A stretch of DNA of 64,000 nucleotides from Candidatus Levybacteria bacterium CG2_30_37_29 (GCA_001873215.1 MNYS01000003.1:49455-113454); one strand, 5' to 3'. Numbered from the stretch's first letter, positions 1 to 10,080 are shown. The notes: generated from the sequence alone by a model not told the origin. Program-made: numbers and translations.

Positions 1-2
1 AG

Positions 3-362
3 AGGCTTCAGGGAAAGCTTGAGTCTGCGGGTGTTATTGATCAGATTGAGGTAATGTCTGATATATGGGTTGCTACCGTTCTATTGCGGTATAACAGTAT
101 AAGTAACACAATGCCATTTGAAGCCCCTCATCCGGAGGAATTTTCAGATCTTAGATGGATGGGCGCAAAAACATTATTGTCAATGCAAAACGTAAGAGAA
201 TTTACGTTTCCTGTATTAAATAATGTTATAGAGATTAACAGAAGAAGACCAAGTAAGGTAAATTTTAGACCTTTATATCTTGAGCCTTATGTCCCGAGTG
301 TATACGAAAAATTTAGAGAGTTAGAGCAGGATATTGAGCTGGACGGGTTGCAAATGCTATGA
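3..362 (+). CDS. Hypothetical protein, 3' portion of a CDS that starts upstream of the window. Frame 3 is open from nt 3, and the ATG at 54 is probably internal.
   Basis: Frame 3 has no stop codon from nt 3 to 362. I recognise no domain in the translation. Confidence 0.3.
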   Translation, partial: RLQGKLESAGVIDQIEVMSDIWVATVLLRYNSISNTMPFEAPHPEEFSDLRWMGAKTLLSMQNVREFTFPVLNNVIEINRRRPSKVNFRPLYLEPYVPSVYEKFRELEQDIELDGLQML

Positions 363-471
363 GTTACTTAATAACAATGGATATTTCAGGTCGCATGGCA
401 TAGATTGCCAAAGATGAAGTGAATATGCGCCTTTTTGAGGATAGACCATTCTAATTTTTAAGAAAGCAAAG

Positions 472-1278
472 CTATTTTTTCTCAAAAGAGAGTGTGACGA
501 CTGATGTGATTTCCTGACTTCCTTGTTCAAGATCAGGAGTGCTGGATTTTGTATTGCTTGGCGCGTTTAGTTCGCGTACCATCGGTACAGGGTAGGGACT
601 GTTCGGGTTGCTTTCAGAAATATTTGTAACTTTTCCAAGTTTAATGCCAAGACTGTTGGCTAATTTTTGAGCTTGCTCGCGTGCATTTGCAATTGCCAAA
701 TCCCTTGCTTTTTCACGGTAATTTTCAGGCTTGTCAATTGTATATTGGGTGCCATAAATTTGGTTTGCGCCATTTAAGGTTGATTGTTCAATAACTTGGG
801 GTAAAAGATTTATTTTCCTTACCTTAATTGATAATGTTGCATTACCGCTGTATCCGTTTATTCTGTTTGTGTTATTTTCATAACTATAATTAGGATTTAT
901 GGAATAATTTGATGTTTTGATATCAATTTTTGGAATTCCCAGTCCTTTCATGGCATCAATAATTTTATTATTGGTTTGGTTAATTTGCTTTTGTGTTTCT
1001 TCGACTGTCTTTTTATCCGAAACAATAATTCCTACCTGTACAGTAGCTGTATCGGGTACAACCGTAACTTTTCCTTCTCCAACTACAGAAAGATCGGCCG
1101 GTGCCTGTTTGGTTACAATTGAAACTGGATAAGAAATATTAAATACTTTAATAGTATATAAAAACACAAGTCCAATAATGCAGAGACTTATAGATGAAGC
1201 AATAGGATTTTGTTGAATCGACATACTGTTATTGTGCTTCAAATTTTGAAATAAGTCAAGAAATATGTTAGAATTCAA
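472..1278 (-). CDS. SIMPL-domain (DUF541) protein with an N-terminal membrane anchor or signal, of the 26-kDa periplasmic immunogenic protein family
   Basis: N-terminal hydrophobic segment ISLCIIGLVFLYTI. Overall length, composition and a C-terminal VVTLSFEKK-like end resemble SIMPL family proteins. Confidence 0.55.
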   Translation of the reverse strand: MNSNIFLDLFQNLKHNNSMSIQQNPIASSISLCIIGLVFLYTIKVFNISYPVSIVTKQAPADLSVVGEGKVTVVPDTATVQVGIIVSDKKTVEETQKQINQTNNKIIDAMKGLGIPKIDIKTSNYSINPNYSYENNTNRINGYSGNATLSIKVRKINLLPQVIEQSTLNGANQIYGTQYTIDKPENYREKARDLAIANAREQAQKLANSLGIKLGKVTNISESNPNSPYPVPMVRELNAPSNTKSSTPDLEQGSQEITSVVTLSFEKK

Positions 1279-1287
1279 CCTATAGTT

Positions 1288-1890
1288 ATGTCAATTGAAA
1301 AAGGCTCAAATCTTACAAGTAAGGAAATAAACGGGATTGCGGACGATTTTGTTGTTTACCCTTCAGGATATTATCGTAGAATTCTTCCGGGACAGAATCC
1401 GAGAAGTCTTAAAGGTATAGGCACAATAAATCCTCAAGAACTTGATGATGGTGATTTTGTTATTCCAAAACACTCAGAAACTCCACTAATGTCCAGAGTT
1501 CGTGAGGCAAATAACGGAAAAACAATAGGAGATATTTTACGAAGAATTTTTACCAATCCTGCCGAAGGACATACTTTTAGGGAAGCAGAAAAAGAACTTG
1601 GTACGTCTGTTTCTACGCTTCATTCATGGGTAAAAAAGCTTGGAATTGAAAATAAAAGATCACGTCATTCTTTAAAAAAGGATACCCGTTTGTTACGTGA
1701 AGTAAAAAGAAATATGAAAGATGGCGAAACTTATGCAGAGACACTGGAAAGACTTTATAAAAGTGCTTCACTGCGTGAGCTTGCAAAATTATTGCATGTT
1801 ACTGCTCCTGCAGTAGAAGACGCTATGATAAAGCTAGGTATTCCTCGAAGAGAACCTCATAGAACTACTATTTCTAGTAAGAGTAAATAA
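1288..1890 (+). CDS. Hypothetical protein with two helix-turn-helix-like segments
   Basis: TFREAEKELGTSVSTLHSWVKKLGI and SLRELAKLLHVTAPAVEDAMIKLGI resemble HTH motifs. I recognise no family. Confidence 0.35.
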   Translation: MSIEKGSNLTSKEINGIADDFVVYPSGYYRRILPGQNPRSLKGIGTINPQELDDGDFVIPKHSETPLMSRVREANNGKTIGDILRRIFTNPAEGHTFREAEKELGTSVSTLHSWVKKLGIENKRSRHSLKKDTRLLREVKRNMKDGETYAETLERLYKSASLRELAKLLHVTAPAVEDAMIKLGIPRREPHRTTISSKSK

Positions 1891-1915
1891 TTTAAAACCC
1901 GTTTATGTCTTAGTT

Positions 1916-3109
1916 CTACTCATACCTCAGCGCTTCTATTGGGTTTAGTTTTGAAGCTCTTAGCGCCGGCGCCATACCAAAGACTACCCCGATTAAAAGC
2001 GAAAATGAAAATGCAAGAAAAGCAGACCAGGGCGTAACTGATGAAACAAAAAATTTTGACACAAGCATAGACCCTCCGATTCCAAGAGCAATACCTATAA
2101 GTCCTCCCGAGAGTGAAAGAATTATAGCTTCGAGTAAAAACTGTTTTAGAATATCAATTCGACGAGCGCCTAAAGCTTTTCTAAGACCTATTTCGCGCGT
2201 TCTTTCGGTTACCGACACAAGCATAATGTTTGCAACGCCGATTCCTCCGACAAGAAGTGAAATTGCTGCAATTCCACCAAGCGCAAGAGAGAGAATATTT
2301 GTAATGTTATTAACAGTTTCAAGGCTTGATTCTGCTGTTTGCAAGGTAAAATCGTCTTCTGTCAGGCGTCTTAGAAGAACTTTTTTTGCCTGATCTTTAA
2401 CAAAAGGAACAAGACGGGCTTCGTTTGCCGAAATATAAATTGCGTTTACCTGATTTATTCCAAATTGCCTTCTTGCTGCAGCAATCGGAATAACCGCCGT
2501 ATTGTCCTGGTCAAATCCAAACACCGAGCCCCTTTTTTTCATTACTCCGATTACGGTATAGATATTGTTTCCTATAAAGAAATGTTTTCCAATGGGGTTT
2601 TGGTCACTAAAAAGATTGTTGACAACTGTTGCTCCGACAATAGCAACTTTTGCTCCGGATTGTTCTTGGCTTGATGAGAAAAAAATTCCTTTTTCAATTA
2701 CTGCGTTTTGCACAGTTTTTGTGTAATTTGATGTTGTTCCAAGAACAGACATTCCTTTATCCGTCTTATTTTTATATTTTGAAGTTGAGCTTTGTGAAAT
2801 TACAGGCGCGACACTTGCAGCACTTTTAAGCTTTATTTGAAGACTTGTTGCATCGGAGAATAATAATTTATTGACAACAACACCACCCGGTGTTCTTGCT
2901 CCCCCAACTCTTCCGGGAATAACAAAAATAAGGTTAGATCCAAAAGACGCGATTTGATCGGTGATGTACCGTTGGAGTCCCGACCCAAGGGACACAAGCA
3001 TAATAATTGCAAATACACCGATAATAATTCCAAGAGTTGTCAAAAAACTTCTTAGCTTATTTGAGATAAGAGCTTTAAAAGCAAGTTTTATTAATTCGCG
3101 CGATTCCAT
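1916..3109 (-). CDS. ABC transporter permease of the FtsX/MacB family
   Basis: N-terminal TM helix, a large extracytoplasmic domain, and three C-terminal TM helices with the FtsX-type pattern TEREIGLRKALGA. Adjacent to the ATPase gene. Confidence 0.8.
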   Translation of the reverse strand: MESRELIKLAFKALISNKLRSFLTTLGIIIGVFAIIMLVSLGSGLQRYITDQIASFGSNLIFVIPGRVGGARTPGGVVVNKLLFSDATSLQIKLKSAASVAPVISQSSTSKYKNKTDKGMSVLGTTSNYTKTVQNAVIEKGIFFSSSQEQSGAKVAIVGATVVNNLFSDQNPIGKHFFIGNNIYTVIGVMKKRGSVFGFDQDNTAVIPIAAARRQFGINQVNAIYISANEARLVPFVKDQAKKVLLRRLTEDDFTLQTAESSLETVNNITNILSLALGGIAAISLLVGGIGVANIMLVSVTERTREIGLRKALGARRIDILKQFLLEAIILSLSGGLIGIALGIGGSMLVSKFFVSSVTPWSAFLAFSFSLLIGVVFGMAPALRASKLNPIEALRYE

Positions 3110-3787
3110 TTATTTTACAATCCTTCCGTCAACAAGCCGTATTATTTTTTTTGCTTGTTGTGCAATATCTGCTTCATGAGTAATCAATACTATTGTTTTC
3201 CCTTTTTTGTTTAGATTTTTTAATACTTCCATTACATCGTGTCCTGATTTTACGTCTAAATTTCCCGTCGGTTCATCAGCAAGAATTAGTGCTGGATCAT
3301 TCATAAGAGCACGAGCAATTGCTACGCGTTGCTGCTGTCCTCCGGAAAGCTTGTTGGGTCTGCTGTGCATTTTTTCCTCCATTCCAATGCTTGTAAGAAT
3401 TTCTTTTGCGCGGATATCTCTTTCTTTTTGGGGAATGCCGGCGTATATTGCAGGCAATACGACATTTTCAATAGTTGTAGAGCGGGGTAAAAGATTGAAA
3501 GATTGGAAAACAAATCCGATTGTTTTATTTCTAAGACGGGATAAATCATCCTCGCTAAATTTTGTTATCGGGCTTCCATTGAGAATATATGTTCCGGAAG
3601 TTGGAGTATCCAAAAGCCCCAAAATATTCATAAGAGTTGATTTTCCGGATCCTGACCTTCCTGTAATTGCGATAAAATCGCCCTCGTTAATTGTTAGAGA
3701 AATTCCTGTTAAAACACTGGTTATAACATCTCCAGTTATGTAATCTTTTGTGATATTTTCAAGCTTTATTATCGTGCTTTTACCCAT
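3110..3787 (-). CDS. ABC transporter ATP-binding protein (MacB/LolD-like)
   Basis: Walker [13 protein letters not shown] signature [15 protein letters not shown], Walker [12 protein letters not shown]. Confidence 0.9.
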   Translation of the reverse strand: MGKSTIIKLENITKDYITGDVITSVLTGISLTINEGDFIAITGRSGSGKSTLMNILGLLDTPTSGTYILNGSPITKFSEDDLSRLRNKTIGFVFQSFNLLPRSTTIENVVLPAIYAGIPQKERDIRAKEILTSIGMEEKMHSRPNKLSGGQQQRVAIARALMNDPALILADEPTGNLDVKSGHDVMEVLKNLNKKGKTIVLITHEADIAQQAKKIIRLVDGRIVK

Positions 3788-3804
3788 TTGATTATTTGCA
3801 AGGA

Positions 3805-4863
3805 TTATTTTTTAGCAGTAACAAGGGTAGGATTCGTAACTATTGTATCCCCTTGGCTTAATCCATCCAGTACTTCAGCGGAAGTATCGTTTTGAAGACC
3901 AAGTTTTAATGTTTTTTTCTCGTATTTATTTCCAACTTTTACATAAATTTTATCTGTTTCAATAAGGCTTGCAAGAGAAACGGAAATTACACCCGTTTTT
4001 TTCTCGGTTATAATTTGTGCATTTCCATTCATTCCGACTCTATATTGAGAAGAGTCGCTTGGCGAGATTTTTGCCTTCACGTCATATGCGCTTCCTCCAC
4101 TTGACGTTGTATGAGTCACAAAATCTATGCTGTCAACAACAAGATGTATGGTTTTGTCAGGATAACTACCCAAAACAATATCTACTTGTTGTCCTTCTTT
4201 TACTTTGCTGATGTCCGCTTCGTCAACTTCCATTTTGAAAGTAAGAGAAGTCGGATCAACTACCGTAAAAGTAGTTGTGGCGGTTATATTAACTCCTGCA
4301 GTTTTTACGTCTGCGCGAGTTACAATTCCGGCAATAGGAGATGATAAAACAGAATTTTGCCGTACAATATCTTGAAGCTCAACAGAATTAATTGCGGTAT
4401 CAAGATCGTATTGATTATTCTGTAAAAGCCGTTTCATTCGGTCGTTCAAAGCATCTTGTGGTTTGTTCGCCTGTTGATCTAGCGTGTATTGGTCAAAAGT
4501 GTTTCTTTGTTTGCTGTATGTAATAAGGGAAGCTTTTAAATTTTTTTCAACCGTTCTTTGATCAAGTGTGGCAATTGTCTGATATTGAGTAACCGTATCT
4601 CCTTTGTTGACGTTAAGATATGTAAGAAGTCCACCGGCAAGAAAATTCAAATCAACACTTTTTTCAGCAGCTATTGTTCCCGTAATGGAAATGGTTTGTA
4701 TAAAATCTTGTTTTTTTACAACTTCTGTCGGAATTGGTTTTGCGGGTTTTGGCCAAAAGAAAAAAAGAGCAATCGATACAATTAAAACCAGTGGAATAAT
4801 AATCCATTTGTGTTTTAAGACAAACGCCGGAGCTTCATTTTTAATATTATTTATTTTTCCCAT
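3805..4863 (-). CDS. HlyD/MacA-family periplasmic adaptor (membrane fusion protein)
   Basis: N-terminal TM anchor, coiled-coil middle and beta-barrel-like C-terminus. It completes the adaptor-ATPase-permease operon arrangement. Confidence 0.7.
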   Translation of the reverse strand: MGKINNIKNEAPAFVLKHKWIIIPLVLIVSIALFFFWPKPAKPIPTEVVKKQDFIQTISITGTIAAEKSVDLNFLAGGLLTYLNVNKGDTVTQYQTIATLDQRTVEKNLKASLITYSKQRNTFDQYTLDQQANKPQDALNDRMKRLLQNNQYDLDTAINSVELQDIVRQNSVLSSPIAGIVTRADVKTAGVNITATTTFTVVDPTSLTFKMEVDEADISKVKEGQQVDIVLGSYPDKTIHLVVDSIDFVTHTTSSGGSAYDVKAKISPSDSSQYRVGMNGNAQIITEKKTGVISVSLASLIETDKIYVKVGNKYEKKTLKLGLQNDTSAEVLDGLSQGDTIVTNPTLVTAKK

Positions 4864-5014
4864 AATTAAAAAAGCCGATAAAGGCTTGCTTCTTATGATA
4901 TAAGATAAAGCGCGTTAATTCAAGGATAATTTTTTTATCAAGCTGTTATTATAGGTTAATTTACATATTGTATTTACGTAAATTCAGTGGTATTATCGCG
5001 CTAAGCCCCCATTT

Positions 5015-8000
5015 TTGTGGGAATTGTTTTTATTTATATGTATGTATAAATTTAGACGGAAGGTTAGAAAATTTATAACTTTCGTAGCATTTCTTGCAAT
5101 ACTGGGTCAATCCTTCAGCCCCTACCTATATATATTGCCCAAATCGGCTTATGCTCAAGAAGCAACGGATTCAGCAAGCTTACCGCAGGAAGTGACCCCG
5201 ACCCCGATTGAATCGGAGCAAGCAGATACAGCGACACCAACTCCTCTGCCAGCTGGCGTATCAACAGAAACCGTAACTCCAGCTCCAGTTGTAATTACAA
5301 TAGTTTCTCCGGAACCAACACCACCTCAAGCTCCTTCGAAATGGACTTTTGAAAAAGTAGAACTCAATAAAGAATATATTGCTCCTCAAAATAGCGGGGT
5401 AAAATTAACATTTACAAAACTCCCAACTCCTGCAGGCAATATAAAAATTGAAGAAATAAAACTTACTAAAGATCAAATTCAACAAACAGGATCCTTGTCA
5501 GATAAAGCATACGATATAACGTCAGATATGGTAGATGGTTCTTTTACTTATAATCTTTCTCTTCCCATTCCTGATTCATCAAAAGGAAAAGCAATTGAGG
5601 TAAAATTTGCGGAAGAACTTTCAAAAATAGGAACAGCGGAAAAAGTTGACAACGCCCTAACGAAAACAGACACATCAGTCTCCGTAACAAGCCTCGACCA
5701 CTTTACGATTTTTGTAGTTATCGGCACTATCACCAACCCCGGAGAGGATACTTATGTTGGAGAGCCTTTTGATGAAACTTTGTCACAAGTAATTATCAAT
5801 GAATTTGTTTATAACCCATCAACCGGCAATGAATGGATTGAATTATTTAATAAAACCGGTGAAGATATTAATCTGGAAAATTGGCAATTAGTTGATGATA
5901 ACGATCTTTCAAGTGATTTGTCCCTGACTGGCACACTACCAGCTAATGGTATTTTAGTTTTCGAAAAATCCGGAGGTGACGGTTGGCTAAATAATACCGG
6001 TTTAGAATCCATTACTTTAAAAGACAACAATGCACAAACCAAAGACGTTGTTTCTTACAAAGACAACTTTTTCGTTAATGGTCAAAATATTGGTAATGTC
6101 GCAGAAGATCAAAGTGTTTGCCGAACTGAAGATGCGGGTGATACATGGGAGGTCTGTTCGAGTCCTACTAAAGGATGGTTTAATAATGCCGAGACTTTTG
6201 ACTGTGTAAATCCGCCTTCGGGAGCACCTACTTTAGCTTCCATTGCCAACTGTCTGGAAAATCAGGGGTTAAGCACGAATATTGGAATGATTGATAACCC
6301 TTCGGCCACACCGGAAACCGATGGCGCTTTATATTTTGAAAAGGACGAGGGGAAAATTGTTTTTGAAAAAATTTTGAATTTAAGCGACCAAGATACGGTA
6401 AATATCTTACAGAGTCTAGGCACAGCGATGGAGATGTCCTATGGGCATATTAAGTTTGATTCCACGACTGCCGCTGCCATGGCTGCCACGGGTGCCAAGA
6501 TTTATATGTACGAGCTTAACTATGAGACAACACCAGAAATTGTTATTAAAGATGATACAGGCGCTATAGTAGGAACTACTAATGATTCCTCGGCCGACGA
6601 CGATATAGATACAGATGGTATTAATTATGATCTGGACACAGGGGGGTTGTCTTTTACCGCTTTACATTTTACCCAGTTTGATGTGCCGGCGGCTCCAAGT
6701 GCTCCTGTTCGACATGAAGTGTCAAGTCCGACCAATGATACCACACCGACGTTATCGTGGGACGATGTCTCGGCAACGCCGGAAGTAACGTCTTATGATC
6801 TTGAAGTATATGATTCTGAAGGAAATAATATTTATGATGGTTTTATTACGACAATTTCCTCAAGTTTTACACCAGAAGATCCATTACCCGATGATGATTA
6901 TACTTGGTACGTAATGGCAAACAATTCCATTGGTACTTCAGACTGGTCGGACGAGGGAAGTTTTACAATAGAGACTATTGCACCAACCGTTCAGTCTATA
7001 CAAACTATGGACAGTGACGGAGACGGCCATCTCGATGGGATTCAACTTACCTTCGATGAAGAGATTAATGACGATATGCTGGATATGGGTAATCCGGACG
7101 GATGGGATGTTGCCGATCCTGCCGGTGAGGAAAGTATTGGCACCGGCGAGATAGAAAACGACAATGTTTTAGTTTTAAGTTTTGGTGAAGGACCGACACC
7201 GGATACGGCCAATGTACCTAGCGTAACTTACACTCCAAGCGGCGGTCCGACCAGTACCCACGATTTGGCCGGTAATGAACTGGGGTCATATAGCGGAGTT
7301 CCGGAGGATAAAGCCTTACCGGTTTTAATAACGGCCGTAACTAAAGACACCGATACCAGTGGTCAAATCGACGCCATTGAGTTGACTTTTTCTGAAGAGA
7401 TAGATGATGATTGGCTTATTCTTGACTCCGCGGACGGTTGGGACGTAAGTGGATACGACGGTGTATCGATTGGAACAGGAACCATAGGATCTGACAACAT
7501 TCTCCTTCTGACTTTCGACGAAAGCGGAAGCCTAGATACGGGCGTAACTCCACTCGTCTCTTATACAGAAGGCGGGGGAGATGGGAGTACTCACGATTCG
7601 GCTGGAAACGAACTTGCCGCTGTAGTTGACTTTACCTCAATTGACGGGGCGGCACCGCGTGTGCCCGAGGCTGATCCGGGTGGCAGTGACTATTCTGGTG
7701 ATCAGTCGGTATCGCTTTCCAGCAGCGACGAAAATGGCCCGGCACCAGACATTTATTATACTATCGACGGAAGCGAGCCCAACAACGAAGACGGCACTCT
7801 TTATACGGATCCGATTCTGATTGATAAAGACACCACTCTTAAAGCTATCGCCTATGATAGCGCTGGCAACGCTAGTGGTGTATTAACGGAAGAGTATGGT
7901 ATTGCTCCGGTTATTTCCGGAGAAACAACCAGTTCCGTCACGACAACAGGAATAACCATTACTTGGACGACTGATGACCCCTCTACTTCAAGAGTGATTT

Positions 8001-8599
8001 ATGGCACTGCACCGATTTCTGATGCTACTGTTGCCACTTTTCCAGATGGATCAAATTATGGCTATGTTAATTCTACCGTTGAAGACTCAACTTTGGTTAC
8101 CGCTCACTCGGTTGGTTTGACGGGTTTGACCGCTGGAAGCACTTATTATTACCGAACTATATCCCACGGTTCGCCTGAAGCGGTTTCTTCAGAGAAAACA
8201 TTTTCTACGACATCAGCATCTACTACTAGTAGTGGTGGAGGAAGTTTAGGCTCCGGTGGAGGAGCAGGTGATGGTAGATCTGACGGTAAATCGGACGGAA
8301 GATCTGATGGACGTTCCGACGGCCTAGGTCAATCCTCTGCAGTTTTGGCTTCATCAACGTCAACTGGTGGAGGAACAACAGGAGAAGTGTTAGGAGCAGG
8401 TACAGAAGAACCAACATCAGGGACAACAATTTATCCAACTCCGACTCCGGAAAAAGAAATATTGGGTGCCGTTCAGTCCAAAGGTAAAGAAACCAAGACC
8501 GGTAATTTTATTTCTGAAAAATGGTGGTTAATTCCTATTTTTCTGGTATCAATAATAATTAGCATAGTTTTATTTAAAAGGCGCAAGAAGAGCGAATAA
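5015..8599 (+). CDS. Large cell-surface protein with a signal peptide, a lamin-tail domain, tandem internal repeat domains, a chitobiase/hexosaminidase-C-like domain, Fn3-like domains, a Gly/Ser/Asp-rich linker and a C-terminal TM anchor
   Basis: Signal-like N-terminus; the ATG at 5042 (MYKFRRKVRKFITFVAFLAILG) is a plausible true start. LTD motif IINEFVYNPSTGNEWIELFN...NWQLVD. Two homologous repeats (DSDGDGHLDGIQLTFDEEINDD... and DTSGQIDAIELTFSEEIDDD...). DIYYTIDGSEPN...TLKAIAYDSAGNAS. GRSDGKSDGRSDGRSDG repeats. C-terminal WWLIPIFLVSIIISIVLFKRRKK. Confidence 0.7.
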   Translation: MWELFLFICMYKFRRKVRKFITFVAFLAILGQSFSPYLYILPKSAYAQEATDSASLPQEVTPTPIESEQADTATPTPLPAGVSTETVTPAPVVITIVSPEPTPPQAPSKWTFEKVELNKEYIAPQNSGVKLTFTKLPTPAGNIKIEEIKLTKDQIQQTGSLSDKAYDITSDMVDGSFTYNLSLPIPDSSKGKAIEVKFAEELSKIGTAEKVDNALTKTDTSVSVTSLDHFTIFVVIGTITNPGEDTYVGEPFDETLSQVIINEFVYNPSTGNEWIELFNKTGEDINLENWQLVDDNDLSSDLSLTGTLPANGILVFEKSGGDGWLNNTGLESITLKDNNAQTKDVVSYKDNFFVNGQNIGNVAEDQSVCRTEDAGDTWEVCSSPTKGWFNNAETFDCVNPPSGAPTLASIANCLENQGLSTNIGMIDNPSATPETDGALYFEKDEGKIVFEKILNLSDQDTVNILQSLGTAMEMSYGHIKFDSTTAAAMAATGAKIYMYELNYETTPEIVIKDDTGAIVGTTNDSSADDDIDTDGINYDLDTGGLSFTALHFTQFDVPAAPSAPVRHEVSSPTNDTTPTLSWDDVSATPEVTSYDLEVYDSEGNNIYDGFITTISSSFTPEDPLPDDDYTWYVMANNSIGTSDWSDEGSFTIETIAPTVQSIQTMDSDGDGHLDGIQLTFDEEINDDMLDMGNPDGWDVADPAGEESIGTGEIENDNVLVLSFGEGPTPDTANVPSVTYTPSGGPTSTHDLAGNELGSYSGVPEDKALPVLITAVTKDTDTSGQIDAIELTFSEEIDDDWLILDSADGWDVSGYDGVSIGTGTIGSDNILLLTFDESGSLDTGVTPLVSYTEGGGDGSTHDSAGNELAAVVDFTSIDGAAPRVPEADPGGSDYSGDQSVSLSSSDENGPAPDIYYTIDGSEPNNEDGTLYTDPILIDKDTTLKAIAYDSAGNASGVLTEEYGIAPVISGETTSSVTTTGITITWTTDDPSTSRVIYGTAPISDATVATFPDGSNYGYVNSTVEDSTLVTAHSVGLTGLTAGSTYYYRTISHGSPEAVSSEKTFSTTSASTTSSGGGSLGSGGGAGDGRSDGKSDGRSDGRSDGLGQSSAVLASSTSTGGGTTGEVLGAGTEEPTSGTTIYPTPTPEKEILGAVQSKGKETKTGNFISEKWWLIPIFLVSIIISIVLFKRRKKSE

Positions 8600-8785
8600 T
8601 TCCGCATAAATAGTTAGATCCATTAAGCCATCTTTACAATATTTCATATTAGTGCTACATTAGAGAAATGCTAATGGTGGGATTAGTTAAGCTTCTTTCA
8701 TTCTTTCTTTTAATCTTTATTTCCTCAACAAGTCATAAATTAAATTTTTCATTTTCTAATTTCTTTATGAAAGGAGGTGAAAAAT

Positions 8786-9349
8786 ATGAATATTAAAAAA
8801 ATTTTAGTAGGGAGTGCGGCAAGCGCAATAATGCTTGGAGCTATGGTAATTCCAGCATTTGCCGTCGGTAACGGTGCACAAGTTTATCGTTTTGCTAACG
8901 AACCATTTGTTTGGGACGAGACACACGTTCTTGGTAGTTGGTTTCCAGGTGCATCGGAAAAATTCGGAGAAAGTGTTAATGTTCACTACGAAGCACTGAA
9001 CGCAGAAACTGTTAGATTTATGAAAAACGGCGACGTAGAATGGACTTTAACGCAACACGGCACAGCGACCATAACTGCTGTTGATAATGGAGCTTTGTTA
9101 TACGAAGGGCCATTTCAGGTTGAAGAAATTGTTCGCGATAACGGCGGGGACGCAAACTGCTCAACCAGTGACGGACATGCTTGGCTTGGTAAATGTTCGC
9201 AGTGGTGGAATTATGTGGATTTTGCTCAATACAACTGGAAGATAACCGGTAATTCTGTGGATACCTTTAATATAACGGTTAAAGGAGCAGGAAACTGGTG
9301 CTATGGCGGTATCCATGAAAATGGTGCATATGGTCCAGGTTGTAAATAA
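8786..9349 (+). CDS. Secreted hypothetical protein with a signal peptide and several Cys
   Basis: AGGAGGTG Shine-Dalgarno at 8772-8779, 6 nt before the ATG at 8786. Signal peptide ILVGSAASAIMLGAMVIPAFAVG. The upstream in-frame GTG at 8777 lies inside the RBS. Confidence 0.5.
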   Translation: MNIKKILVGSAASAIMLGAMVIPAFAVGNGAQVYRFANEPFVWDETHVLGSWFPGASEKFGESVNVHYEALNAETVRFMKNGDVEWTLTQHGTATITAVDNGALLYEGPFQVEEIVRDNGGDANCSTSDGHAWLGKCSQWWNYVDFAQYNWKITGNSVDTFNITVKGAGNWCYGGIHENGAYGPGCK

Positions 9350-9454
9350 ATCTTTTTTAAATAGTTTAAATTAAGGTAATTTATTTAAACTAATTTTAGA
9401 GCATTTAAGATACTTGGAGTAAAATAAGTAGAGTAATCTATTTATTTTAAACAG

Positions 9455-9487
9455 CTCACCGAGAAATCGGTGGGTTGTTTTTTTTTG
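9455..9487 (+). terminator. Rho-independent terminator
   Basis: Hairpin CACCGAGAAATCGGTG (6-bp stem, GAAA loop) followed by GGTTG and a T9 run. Confidence 0.6.
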
Positions 9488-9601
9488 CAAAATCTTTTCA
9501 TTTCAGAGCCACTAATAGCACTAAGGATTAATAAGGAATAGGGTGGTCAATTTATCTTTCTGTCTCTGTCTTTAAATCTTTAGACAATTTTATCTACACA
9601 A

Positions 9602-9626
9602 TCCCGTTGTCCAGTAAACGGGACAA
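9602..9626 (+). repeat. 25-bp hairpin-forming repeat, copy 1 (TCCCGTTGTCCAGTAAACGGGACAA)
   Basis: Identical 25-mer also at 10081-10105. It contains the internal inverted repeat GTTGTCC/GGACAAC and the alternative CCCGTT/AACGGG. Confidence 0.7.
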
Positions 9627-9635
9627 ACAAATAAA

Positions 9636-10046
9636 TTATCGTGCAACGTTTTTTCTTTTAAACCCCGTATATTCCTTTGTCTTGAATATTTTTGTGGAAC
9701 CGCCGACTAAGCGATGACTTTTAGTTTTATACACTTTCCCAACTTTTTTGTTTCTCGCCGAAATTAAGTGAAAGCATTTTTCATAATCTTCCAAGTTTTT
9801 TGCGACCTGCGCAATCGTAGTTCTTCCTACTTTCAAAAACGATTGAATTTCTTCCGTTCGGAGATCTTGCAGTAGATATTCGGCGATTTGTATTCGTCTA
9901 CCTATTTTCATTCGCTCATCAAAGGTTAGTATGCCATTCATTATTTGTTCAACATCATTGCCGTCATTTGCAGCGAGAAAAGCATCCCTGACTTTATTTA
10001 GTGCTTCATAAACGTCTTCTTTTTGTAGGAATTTATAACGTCTCAT
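9636..10046 (-). CDS. YerC/YecD (TrpR-like) family DNA-binding protein, paralog 1
   Basis: Homologous to the second copy at 28251-28667 (DERMKIGRRIQIAE versus DERIKIGRRIKIAE; C-terminal YTGFKRKNV versus YTGFKRKDV). The likely start is the internal Met MRRYKF at 10046, by alignment to the paralog. The longer ORF runs to 10070. Confidence 0.6.
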   Translation of the reverse strand: MRRYKFLQKEDVYEALNKVRDAFLAANDGNDVEQIMNGILTFDERMKIGRRIQIAEYLLQDLRTEEIQSFLKVGRTTIAQVAKNLEDYEKCFHLISARNKKVGKVYKTKSHRLVGGSTKIFKTKEYTGFKRKNVAR

Positions 10047-10080
10047 TTGTTTTAATGTAATTAATAACATTATATATCAT

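Noticed and set aside
54-362. ATG-initiated 102-aa ORF at the window start
   Set aside because: The same frame is open from nt 3, so this is more likely the 3' end of a gene that begins upstream of the window than an independent small gene.
917-1132. 71-aa ORF antisense to, and inside, the SIMPL-domain gene. Similar nested or antisense ORFs occur at 2465-2674, 2833-3033, 3207-3743, 4017-4903, 5548-6042, 11781-12048, 13913-14233, 15810-16130, 24271-24744, 34509-35011, 41649-42409 and elsewhere.
   Set aside because: They overlap well-supported genes on the opposite strand or in alternative frames. The translations are low-complexity or hydrophobic-biased, typical of shadow ORFs.
4940-5014. Possible TTGTAT-17-TATTAT promoter for the LTD protein gene
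   Set aside because: The -35 match is poor and there are several alternative AT-rich hexamers. Not confident enough to annotate.
8226-8340. Repetitive GRSDGKSDGRSDGRSDG-coding nucleotide repeats, considered as a possible CRISPR or tandem repeat locus
   Set aside because: The repeats are in frame inside the LTD surface protein (a Gly/Ser/Asp/Arg linker). No spacer-repeat architecture exists, and no CRISPR array is present anywhere in the window.
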